Virus record (IMG/VR): IMGVR_UViG_3300028676_000005
Span: 124,001 to 188,000 of that record
Length of the DNA stretch: 64,000 nt
Strand: one strand, 5' to 3'
Shown here in pieces: positions 8,927 through 17,260 of this stretch. A model generated the notes under the pieces. The model saw only the letters and a program-made list of their open reading frames with translations. It was not told where the DNA came from and ran no database searches. How positions within the stretch are numbered: the stretch's first letter is position 1; each line of letters opens with the position of its first letter. The translations under genes and the position numbers were made by a program.

Positions 8927-9304
8927 TTAACCTTGAAAAAACTCGGTACGGAGAAGCTCGTTAAATTGGTCCACAAGGTCATGGATAAGCTGACTGTCCA
9001 AAATAGCTGGGGGATTGTCAGGGTTATGCAGACCCATGTACTTAGCACCAACAAAGATTTCTGGATTCGTATTTGGATCCATTTCTTTGTAGATGTTTAC
9101 GTTGTAGCCAACTACCATCTGGTTCTCAAAAGCAAGACCAAGATAGTAGTCACCAATTGCAATACGGTTAGGAAACTTGATGCGTTCAAACTGAGGGTGA
9201 TCTTCATGGTCTTTTACAAAAGCATTTACTGCTTCTGCTTTAGCCATAGTCTTCTCATAAATAGGAACAACCCGCACGCAATGTTCACATTGATTACAGG
9301 TCAT
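8927..9304 (-). CDS. hypothetical protein with N-terminal CxxCxxC
   Basis: ATGA overlap with upstream gene. Confidence 0.7.
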   Translation of the reverse strand: MTCNQCEHCVRVVPIYEKTMAKAEAVNAFVKDHEDHPQFERIKFPNRIAIGDYYLGLAFENQMVVGYNVNIYKEMDPNTNPEIFVGAKYMGLHNPDNPPAILDSQLIHDLVDQFNELLRTEFFQG

Positions 9305-9774
9305 TTTTTTCTTACCGCCTCAACTTCAAAGTTTACAAACTTCCTGGCTTGGGCCTGTTCCCAGTTACGACGGTCATCAGCAATGCTACCAAAGCTGCGA
9401 CCACGAGGTGGTTGTTCAGTGTTAGGTACAGCCCAACCAGGCGGTGCGTCTCCACCCAGACCTTCTGATAACTTGAGTTTGTACTCATCGGAGATCTGGA
9501 TCATGCGATTTACCCAATCTTTAAAAATTGGCCTGAAGCATGCCAATTCAACAGCCGAGTCAAAATGAGTCGCTGTCTGACTAATCCTGATCCGACGGTT
9601 ACCCAGGTTTTTTACATAAACTGCAATTTCTTGATGGTCAGTTTTCCAATCACAAAGAACAAACAATACATCGCCGTTTTCAGGATCTGTTGAAAATGTT
9701 GGGAGACCAACAAGAGATCTGATAACATTAAACCCATCACGCAATACCGCCAGATCCGGATTTGCATTTTTCAT
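9301..9774 (-). CDS. hypothetical protein (157 aa)
   Basis: ORF in operon. Confidence 0.7.
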   Translation of the reverse strand: MKNANPDLAVLRDGFNVIRSLVGLPTFSTDPENGDVLFVLCDWKTDHQEIAVYVKNLGNRRIRISQTATHFDSAVELACFRPIFKDWVNRMIQISDEYKLKLSEGLGGDAPPGWAVPNTEQPPRGRSFGSIADDRRNWEQAQARKFVNFEVEAVRKK

Positions 9775-9776
9775 AG

Positions 9777-10736
9777 TTACACCTTACACAATTCGCTAGT
9801 AAAGCGTTGGTAATATTCAGATTCCAGATAAACGTGCGACATACCAAAACGGTCGTCGTCAAAGTCAATTTGGAAACCAGCTGCCTGCGGATGACCACCA
9901 CCGCCAAAGCGTTCGGCCAGTTTGTTAATGGCCTGGTCTTTATGACGAGAACGCAACGAGAACTGACGACCGTGCGGGGTGTCGATGTACGTGGCTACGA
10001 AATGTTCGTCTTGACCAAGCAAATCACCAACGTCACTAACCAGGAATGAGTTACAGTTGACAATGGGTACGTCAACACCATCCAGCACAAAACGTCGTGC
10101 ACCTTTAGCCACAGTAGCCACGTTGTTCTTCTGAACACGCATCAACCCTTTACCTTCGGCGATAACAGTAAACGGATCGGTGTTAATCAACATGTCAAAG
10201 TTTTCAACGGTCTTTTCATGACTGAACGCAACAGAGGTCCACTCACGGCTTTCTTTAATCTTCCAAGCCCACAGATCACGGTCCTGTACACAACGAATAC
10301 CAAATGGTGGAACTTCTTCAAAGAACCACATCCAGGCAAGCATTGCACCAGAGTAACGTTCATCAACAATGATGATCGATTCCTCGGGCTCCAGGCGCGT
10401 TTCCCAGGCTTCTGGGAAACCTCGGATATCAGTAGACGCAATTCCCTTCAAAGCTTCCACAGCGGTGTTGTGGTGATCCAAAAGGATCAAGGTGCAAACA
10501 CCAGCCAGGTACTTAACAGTTTCACGATCGAAACTGAAATCCAGGCAGTACACGGTCTTGCCAATCAGATTGGAAAAGCTTTCACCAAACATTTCTTCAA
10601 ACTTGTTGCCGTACTGAACAGCAACCAGATCGACCTTCTTATCAAAGGCTTTCCAGGCTACCCAAGCCGCACCCAAACCATCCAGGCAGTTCTTGTGGTA
10701 GAGTACAACTGTGTCATGTTCCAATTGAATCTGCAT
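9777..10736 (-). CDS. DHH/DHHA1 family phosphoesterase
   Basis: YHKNCLDG, LDF, LDHH, DRDLW, SLRS and GGGGHPQAAG motifs. Confidence 0.9.
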   Translation of the reverse strand: MQIQLEHDTVVLYHKNCLDGLGAAWVAWKAFDKKVDLVAVQYGNKFEEMFGESFSNLIGKTVYCLDFSFDRETVKYLAGVCTLILLDHHNTAVEALKGIASTDIRGFPEAWETRLEPEESIIIVDERYSGAMLAWMWFFEEVPPFGIRCVQDRDLWAWKIKESREWTSVAFSHEKTVENFDMLINTDPFTVIAEGKGLMRVQKNNVATVAKGARRFVLDGVDVPIVNCNSFLVSDVGDLLGQDEHFVATYIDTPHGRQFSLRSRHKDQAINKLAERFGGGGHPQAAGFQIDFDDDRFGMSHVYLESEYYQRFTSELCKV

Positions 10737-10747
10737 GTGTCTTTCCT

Positions 10748-11131
10748 TTAGAAGTCAGTACGTGTTTTGAGGAAGTGTGTTACAGGAGTGCCAAGAAACC
10801 CATTAGTTGGGAACCGTGGTAACTCTTGACCCTTACTCATCTTTTCACCAGCACTCATTATCAAGAAGATAAGAACGTCATTGATCACAATATTGTCAGG
10901 AACCAACGCTGGGAATCGTGGACCATTCTTATCAAAAATAAACAGAATGATGTTTTCGCCATCGTTCTCCAAGGTAGCAATAATCCGAGGAGTTGGTGTT
11001 TTCCACCCAATACACTGGAAACAGAACTTATTGTTTTCAGGAACATGGTACCCATCAGCATAACGAATGGTCAAAAGCTCTTCGAACTTTGCCATCAACT
11101 CTTCGTTAGAAACAATAGGTTCCATAATCAC
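10748..11131 (-). CDS. hypothetical protein (~125 aa)
   Basis: ORF in operon; start may be the second Met. Confidence 0.7.
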   Translation of the reverse strand: MIMEPIVSNEELMAKFEELLTIRYADGYHVPENNKFCFQCIGWKTPTPRIIATLENDGENIILFIFDKNGPRFPALVPDNIVINDVLIFLIMSAGEKMSKGQELPRFPTNGFLGTPVTHFLKTRTDF

Positions 11132-11298
11132 TCACCTTTATAGCGAGGATTTTTTACCCGGACAGCGACAATGGTGTTGCCCGTGATAATGCGCCGACGG
11201 ATACGATGTACAGCAGCTTCGATCATTTCTTCACGACCTTCATAAAGACCGTAACTGCTACCCCACGCACTAACTTCCAAACGATATTTGCTTTCCAT
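11128..11298 (-). CDS. small hypothetical protein (56 aa, MESKYRLEVSAWG...), absent from ORF track
   Basis: Hand-translated; AAGGAA RBS; fills the operon gap exactly. Confidence 0.65.
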   Translation of the reverse strand: MESKYRLEVSAWGSSYGLYEGREEMIEAAVHRIRRRIITGNTIVAVRVKNPRYKGE

Positions 11299-11307
11299 GA
11301 TAATTCC

Positions 11308-11634
11308 TTAAATACCTAAAACAAAGAATGAGTGTGCTTCTACAAGGATCTCTTTCAGTACCACAACTTGTTCAGCAATATGTTTCTCATTACCGTGGTA
11401 GCCCAATACCCCACTATCACGCACTTTGAACAGAGGGGTATTGCTCACGTCTTCTGCATCGTAGACACACAGCAGCCCACGAGGACTGCGACGATCAGGA
11501 TGTACGGTGAGGTCTTCGTCCACCTTTAATACAACTGCGTAACGACCATCAGCGGTAATCATGAACTTTGGCCGCTCACGGACATTGAAGATGCTGAGAA
11601 ACAAATCGTGAATACCGTTACTGGTGTGTTTCAT
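11308..11634 (-). CDS. hypothetical protein (108 aa)
   Basis: Abuts RNase H stop. Confidence 0.7.
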   Translation of the reverse strand: MKHTSNGIHDLFLSIFNVRERPKFMITADGRYAVVLKVDEDLTVHPDRRSPRGLLCVYDAEDVSNTPLFKVRDSGVLGYHGNEKHIAEQVVVLKEILVEAHSFFVLGI

Positions 11635-12246
11635 TTAATTCCCCTGGGACTGACTTTCCAAATAACCAAAATCTTCAGTGACAATAATGCCGTCACCATC
11701 TGTTTTAGCCTGAGCCAACAAAGAGGCGTCTTTGGATAAAGCCATTGCTTGGGCTTTAGCCAGCGTAGCGGCGCCTTTGGCCAATTGGTCAGCCCTTTCG
11801 TTAAGGGGATCACCAATGTGGGCAGCGACCTTAAAGAAGTTTACCTTGTTAAGCTTAAGCAGCTCGTCCAAGACCTTCCACAGATCAGCGTTCTTAACAG
11901 GGGTTCCAGACATTGCTGAAATCCACTCATTACGTATCCAGCCACGAAGCCACTCGGTGCAGCCATTAATGACGTACTGTGAGTCAGTACAGATCGTGAA
12001 ATGTTTACCCGGACCAAACTCTTCCAGGGCAACGATAACCGCCATGATCTCCATGCGATTATTTGTCGTAAGCGTGTAACCCTTCGACATGTCTACAACG
12101 ATATTGTCATAAATGGCAACTACACCATAACCGCCTGGACCTGGGTTCTCCAAAGCACTACCGTCTGTATAGATAATGTAGGAGTCTTTAGGCGGAGGTG
12201 GTGAGCGTTGCTGTTTAGCTTTTTTGCGGAAAAAAGGTTTGTGCAA
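11635..12246 (-). CDS. rnhA: ribonuclease HI
   Basis: IYTDGS..NPGPGG, TTNNRME, TDSQY, KNADLW, NERADQLA; TTG start after AGGAG. Confidence 0.95.
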   Translation of the reverse strand: MHKPFFRKKAKQQRSPPPPKDSYIIYTDGSALENPGPGGYGVVAIYDNIVVDMSKGYTLTTNNRMEIMAVIVALEEFGPGKHFTICTDSQYVINGCTEWLRGWIRNEWISAMSGTPVKNADLWKVLDELLKLNKVNFFKVAAHIGDPLNERADQLAKGAATLAKAQAMALSKDASLLAQAKTDGDGIIVTEDFGYLESQSQGN

Positions 12247-12259
12247 AATAGACTCCTAC

Positions 12260-12291
12260 TACTAACTGGGGATGTAAATCCCCAGTTAGTA
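12260..12291. terminator. hairpin between genes
   Basis: 14-bp stem TACTAACTGGGGAT / ATCCCCAGTTAGTA. Confidence 0.6.
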
Positions 12292-12300
12292 CAGTTGCGG

Positions 12301-13833
12301 TTAGTAGCTAACCAGGTCGTACAACGTATAACCAGATTGACCGGCGGTATTGCGAGTCAGGGCTTGAACCTCATCCAACAGACGAATACTCGCCAGACGA
12401 GCCATGATGGTGTCCACAGTATAACGTGCAACACTTTTGGCAATTACACCATTTTTGACAACTTGGTCGTCGCTGTGCCAAGGGCGGTGATCACCACCAG
12501 TTTGCACCCACTCTTTAATTGCCGTGCGCAGACTTTCGTCATCATCGGCAATTTTGATAACCAGGTTACCACTAGTTGAGCTATGACGATACAAGTTGAT
12601 GGAAGTTGGACTCTGGCGGACCATGTTGTAACCAGTGTAGTTGCTGTCTACCGCATCAAACTTGTTGATGCAAACTTTGGTAGGAGCAAATACATTTTCC
12701 AGATACAGATTTGCATTGTCCAATGTAAATCCTGACAACGCCAGCGAAGAACCGCTAAAGTTAGAATTCTGGAGCGATCCATCAACCAGCATTATCTGAC
12801 CCTTGGCCCGGATTGTAGAATCGTAGATCGATGCACGAACGATGGAGGAATGATGGCTTTCACCAAATTCCAGTGTACTACCACTAATGTGACAGTTTTG
12901 GTAATAACCGTTACCAAGCTTTGAGTCGGTAACACGGGTGTTGATGAGACTACCGCCGCGGTAAACAGGATGTTTGGTAACCGGCGCCGGGGTTTCTTGC
13001 AGAGTGCTGGCGAAGCCATGACGCGGGTGGCTGTCTTTAGCGTGCTGGTAACGCGAGTTGTTAAGATCGTAGTTGGAGAAATCGCCGTTCAGAATGCAGA
13101 CCGTGCCAATCAAGCCACAGTTTTTCAGATGGCTGTTTTCCAACAATGCAATGGCACCACCTTTAACAGTAACTTCTTCTGAATGCCGTGCGGTAGAAAA
13201 ATTGTGATGATTCCCGTTTTGGTGGTAGTAAGTGTCGCCAGCGAACCAGAACGAAGAATCGTGATCAAGCACCACCACCACGTTTTCGCCGTTCAGCTCA
13301 AACTGGTACACGTCAAATGGACCTGGGGCTGAGGCGTGCGAATAAACACTGTGCGGATACACCCCTTCCGGCAGATGGATACCGTGCTTGTTGGTAGACA
13401 GTGTTTGCAGTTCAAGATAGGGAATATCTTTAACAATTGGTTCCAAAAGAACGCCGTTAACTGCAACAGCGCCGGCCAGCAACTTGAATTCTTTATCAGT
13501 TACTGGCGCGCCAGTTTTGGACAGAACTTTTGCCATTTCATTGGCAGGCGAAGGACGTGCACGCCAGTTGTTATGATCGCTAGTAAAGCGAGCTGGTTCG
13601 CCCGATGCCGGAGCGGTAAACCGTTTACTTGGTCCGCCAAAGCGGCCGCCAAACATGTTACCTGGTCCTATTGGTGCCGAGTTTTGGAGTTTGGTAGTTT
13701 TGGTTTCTTTCTTTTCTTCTACTGCCGGAGTTTCCACAGTGGTAGTAACCTTTTCAACAACGGTTACTTTTGCCGGAGCTGGTTTGGTTGCGGATACATC
13801 GGTCAAAACTACTGCTTTCTTTTCGGGCTTCAT
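12301..13833 (-). CDS. hypothetical protein, low-complexity N-terminus and beta-helix-like repeats
   Basis: 510 aa; ~5-residue periodic N/D-S/C-x-I/L pattern in the C-terminal half. Confidence 0.75.
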   Translation of the reverse strand: MKPEKKAVVLTDVSATKPAPAKVTVVEKVTTTVETPAVEEKKETKTTKLQNSAPIGPGNMFGGRFGGPSKRFTAPASGEPARFTSDHNNWRARPSPANEMAKVLSKTGAPVTDKEFKLLAGAVAVNGVLLEPIVKDIPYLELQTLSTNKHGIHLPEGVYPHSVYSHASAPGPFDVYQFELNGENVVVVLDHDSSFWFAGDTYYHQNGNHHNFSTARHSEEVTVKGGAIALLENSHLKNCGLIGTVCILNGDFSNYDLNNSRYQHAKDSHPRHGFASTLQETPAPVTKHPVYRGGSLINTRVTDSKLGNGYYQNCHISGSTLEFGESHHSSIVRASIYDSTIRAKGQIMLVDGSLQNSNFSGSSLALSGFTLDNANLYLENVFAPTKVCINKFDAVDSNYTGYNMVRQSPTSINLYRHSSTSGNLVIKIADDDESLRTAIKEWVQTGGDHRPWHSDDQVVKNGVIAKSVARYTVDTIMARLASIRLLDEVQALTRNTAGQSGYTLYDLVSY

Positions 13834-15842
13834 TGTACTTCACCTTTGATGGTTTGGATGATCTTTTCGATGCTGGAACCGTCTACACCATTTACCATAG
13901 GTATACCCAGTTCAGTTGCTTTTAATATTTTGCTTTTACTTGGACGTTCTCCTTTTAAAAGGAATTGGCAATCCCTGGTCAAGTTGTCAACCAGCTCGAT
14001 ACCATGTCCGGCAAAGAACTCAATTAACTCCTCGCGAGATTGCCCCAGAGACCCAGTAACGACACCCTTAATAAGCAGGTCAGGGGACTCTTCGGACGTG
14101 GCATGCAGAATTCGCAAAATATCTCTTGCGTTTTCATAAGCATCTTCATTACGGAGCATTACAGCAATTGGTAATGCCAGCCCAGTAGAAAACCCAGGGA
14201 TGGCCATTACATTTTCCGGTTTGCTCAAAAAGCTGAGCACTTCTGTCTGAGCTGCTACTTGATGGATACCTGGAGCAATTGTGGTTACATCGCCATTGAT
14301 AATACTGCTAGGCAATGCATTTGCCAGTTTCTTGGCCCTTGTGAGATCAATGCCGGGCAACCCAAGTGCTTTAATAACGATATGCCAAGGTTGATACAAA
14401 GCAGCTTGAATGCGCTTGTAGATCTTCTCACCCACATGCTTTTCTTTAATGTGCCAAAGAACATCTGAGGTTTGTTCAATTACACCGGCGTCAATCAGTT
14501 GACCTAATTTAACCGGACCCAAATCTTCAATGTCTAAGCAACGTTTGTCTACTAATGCAGCACAACGCATTAACAACTGCGCAGGGCAACCAGCGACGTT
14601 ATTACAGACCAGTTCTGCACTGTTCTTGCTCTTACGCGTCTCCAGTACCGAAGAGCAGCTAGGGCACTCTGTAGGAGCTTCAAACAGTTTGCCTTTACCA
14701 TGTGTCACGATTTTGTGTAAACGTGGGATTACATCGCCATTGCGACTAACAATAATCACCGAATCTTGCCGAAGACCTAATGACAAGAACTGATAAATGT
14801 TATCCAGGCTTGCCCGATCACAAACCACCCCACCTAACTTAACAGGAAGGTAGTTTACACATGGTGTCACACGACCGGTTTTGCCAACCTGCCAATCAAT
14901 ACTTAAAGGAGAAGTTTCGACTTCTTCGTTAGGGAACTTGTAAGCAATGGCGTAGTTAGGATATTTGTTAGTAACACCCAATTCATCCCATCGCGCCAAT
15001 TTGTTAATTTTGCGGACAATCCCGTCCACTGGGATGTTGCGCAACTGCTTGTTATTTTCAATATCATTGGGGTGTGCTTCTGGCGCAACGTAAAACCCCA
15101 GTAAGGTCCACTTATGTCGTAAACCGGAATATTTTTCTGCACCAAAATTGGTGTCTGACCAGTAAACGTTGAAGTCCAGTAAGTTAAGCGCGTTTACGTC
15201 CATGTTCTTTTCCAAAGCACGGACAAACCCTGCCGCTGCATTACGCGGAGTTGTTTTCTTTTTGATAGCGATATCATTGTAGATTTCGAAATCAAAGATG
15301 GTCATGTACGCTTCACCGCGGACGACTATTGTGTCTGGGCAATTACTGATAGCACGAAGCTTCTTTGGAATATTCCGAAATAATGGCAGGGAGTGGGTTA
15401 CGTCTTCACCCTCTTCACCGTCACCACGAGTAGTCATGGACACTAGTTCCAATTCTTTATCGTTAAGCTTGCTGTACACTAGTTCTAATGCCAGACCATC
15501 CAACTTGTACTCATCAAAGAACTCATCGTCAACAAACTTTTCGCTAAAAGCTGTAAACTGTTCTTTGTTAATTGCTTTACGCAGGCTAAGCATCGGATTA
15601 GCAAATTTAACTACCTCTAATCCAACCCCAGTAGGTTCATGAATTGGCACCGGCTTGTTTTGGATTTCAAACATATCGTCAAACTCCGGGTGTTGCTCAC
15701 GGAGTTCGTTAAAACGAATTACTAAATCATCGTAAACATGATTCGGAATACTTGGTTTATCTTTGTTAAAGTACAAATGAGCATGGTGAAGAATCTCTTT
15801 GTTGAGTCTTTCCAACTCTGCAAACGGGGATTCGGTTGTCAT
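13830..15842 (-). CDS. ligA: NAD-dependent DNA ligase
   Basis: EYKLDGLA, TRGDG, VRGE, PRNAAAG, AIAYKFP, WQVGKTG, Cys4 Zn finger, BRCT-like C-terminus. Confidence 0.95.
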   Translation of the reverse strand: MTTESPFAELERLNKEILHHAHLYFNKDKPSIPNHVYDDLVIRFNELREQHPEFDDMFEIQNKPVPIHEPTGVGLEVVKFANPMLSLRKAINKEQFTAFSEKFVDDEFFDEYKLDGLALELVYSKLNDKELELVSMTTRGDGEEGEDVTHSLPLFRNIPKKLRAISNCPDTIVVRGEAYMTIFDFEIYNDIAIKKKTTPRNAAAGFVRALEKNMDVNALNLLDFNVYWSDTNFGAEKYSGLRHKWTLLGFYVAPEAHPNDIENNKQLRNIPVDGIVRKINKLARWDELGVTNKYPNYAIAYKFPNEEVETSPLSIDWQVGKTGRVTPCVNYLPVKLGGVVCDRASLDNIYQFLSLGLRQDSVIIVSRNGDVIPRLHKIVTHGKGKLFEAPTECPSCSSVLETRKSKNSAELVCNNVAGCPAQLLMRCAALVDKRCLDIEDLGPVKLGQLIDAGVIEQTSDVLWHIKEKHVGEKIYKRIQAALYQPWHIVIKALGLPGIDLTRAKKLANALPSSIINGDVTTIAPGIHQVAAQTEVLSFLSKPENVMAIPGFSTGLALPIAVMLRNEDAYENARDILRILHATSEESPDLLIKGVVTGSLGQSREELIEFFAGHGIELVDNLTRDCQFLLKGERPSKSKILKATELGIPMVNGVDGSSIEKIIQTIKGEVQ

Positions 15843-15870
15843 CGTAAAAACCTCTATGCAGCAATAAGGT

Positions 15871-15900
15871 TAACTGGTGAACCTCACGGTTCACCAGTTA
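15871..15900. terminator. hairpin terminator
   Basis: TAACTGGTGAACC / GGTTCACCAGTTA 13-bp stem. Confidence 0.65.
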
Positions 15901-15904
15901 GGTA

Positions 15905-16354
15905 TTAAGCAACTTCTTTGACGCAATGTTCTTCTTTGTAAACTTCATTCAATGCTGCGAGATCCAGAATGTCTTGATCTCGTTTAGCTTTAGGACGTTC
16001 GGGACGAGAGTACCCGCCACGCTTAAACACGATCATTGCGATCAGGTTGTAAACGTACAGCCCTCGAACTTTATCCGTCTTGAAGTACGGGTTGTACTTA
16101 CGAATCCAGATACCAGGGAATTCTGGCAGGTTCAGTGCAACGTCAACCATTGGATGCAAAAAGACACGATGTTCGTTAGCCAGCTTACGGAACTCTTCTT
16201 CCGCTACCCAGATATTCAGGTCTGCCGTACGATCGCGCATACCGCGCAACAGCAGGCAGGCACCACCACCAACTACGATGACGTCCTTACGAACACCAGT
16301 CTTTTCAGAAAACTCATCCAGAGCTTTAACTACGGCTTCGACTGATTCAAGCAT
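15905..16354 (-). CDS. nucleotidyltransferase-fold protein with DxN in place of DxD
   Basis: VVGGGA.LL.G.R..TADLNIWV; C-terminal K...R.K...D; paralog of neighbour. Confidence 0.6.
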   Translation of the reverse strand: MLESVEAVVKALDEFSEKTGVRKDVIVVGGGACLLLRGMRDRTADLNIWVAEEEFRKLANEHRVFLHPMVDVALNLPEFPGIWIRKYNPYFKTDKVRGLYVYNLIAMIVFKRGGYSRPERPKAKRDQDILDLAALNEVYKEEHCVKEVA

Positions 16355-16841
16355 GATTTATCTTTCGCTTATGTAAAGTGAGACCCGCCGCATCAAGTTC
16401 GGATCTGGTGTTATTGACATTATCAAGAAGCTCTTTTAGCGCCTTGATATCTTTAGTATCTTGTGGAATCTTTTCTTTGTTTCGCTTAGGATGGTCACGC
16501 ATCATTTCTTTCTGCGCAATCAAACGTTCAACTGAATAAATCTGAACACCTTGAACGTCAACAACGTCAGCACGGGTAAAATCATCCGGCAATCGATGTA
16601 GATCGGTAATGCCATCAAACGCAACAAAAGAACCAGTAAGCCCCTCTTGTTGCGGTTTACGCATCAGAGCCCGATCGTAATATTCAGCGGGCACATCTAC
16701 GTCAAGATCGTTGGTGTACTTGCGAAGACCGAGCATTACTAAGGCAGCACCGGCACTTAAAACAATGTGTCGATGATCCAGGTTTAGTACTACAGAAAGT
16801 TGCTTGTACGCAGTTACTACTGCTTTACGATCCAGACTCAT
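16347..16841 (-). CDS. nucleotidyltransferase-fold protein (AbiEii/pol-beta-like)
   Basis: LSAGAALVMLGLRKYTNDLDVDV; K....R..K...D. Confidence 0.65.
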   Translation of the reverse strand: MSLDRKAVVTAYKQLSVVLNLDHRHIVLSAGAALVMLGLRKYTNDLDVDVPAEYYDRALMRKPQQEGLTGSFVAFDGITDLHRLPDDFTRADVVDVQGVQIYSVERLIAQKEMMRDHPKRNKEKIPQDTKDIKALKELLDNVNNTRSELDAAGLTLHKRKINHA

Positions 16842-16845
16842 AAAA

Positions 16846-17157
16846 CTACCCCACCATATTTTCGTTCATGTGATGAATGATGTTTTCAATGCTCATGGCA
16901 TTGACAGCGCAGGCCACTGGATTCAACGAGGTATAGGCAATAGCCTTGGTCCCCATCGAATCAAACGATACCATTGCTTGATCCATCCCGGCAAAAGAGA
17001 TAACGGCGATTTTAGGATCACCATTATGCTTGATTGTAATAAATGCCTCACCGCCACCAATAGGCGAAGGGTGAAGTACCCCTAACGCGTCTTGGGTTAC
17101 TCGCACAGATACCCGCATAGGAGTTACCCCTCCAGAATGACTATTAAAAGAATTCAT
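16846..17157 (-). CDS. hypothetical early protein (103 aa)
   Basis: First ORF after TATATTAC promoter. Confidence 0.65.
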   Translation of the reverse strand: MNSFNSHSGGVTPMRVSVRVTQDALGVLHPSPIGGGEAFITIKHNGDPKIAVISFAGMDQAMVSFDSMGTKAIAYTSLNPVACAVNAMSIENIIHHMNENMVG

Positions 17158-17243
17158 ATAGCTGTGTTCCTAAAAAATGTTCATGATTAAAGGAACACGC
17201 CAACGGAGGGGTAGAATATTACTACTCTACTCCTTACACTCTA

Positions 17244-17260
17244 GTAATATAGGTTCAAAA
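17244..17260 (-). promoter_or_regulatory. putative early promoter
   Basis: Minus strand TTTTGAACCTATATTAC. Confidence 0.7.

Noticed and set aside
11631-11650. RNase H ending QGN as another slip site
   Set aside because: G_GGG_AAT is not X_XXY_YYZ; it serves as the RBS of the next gene
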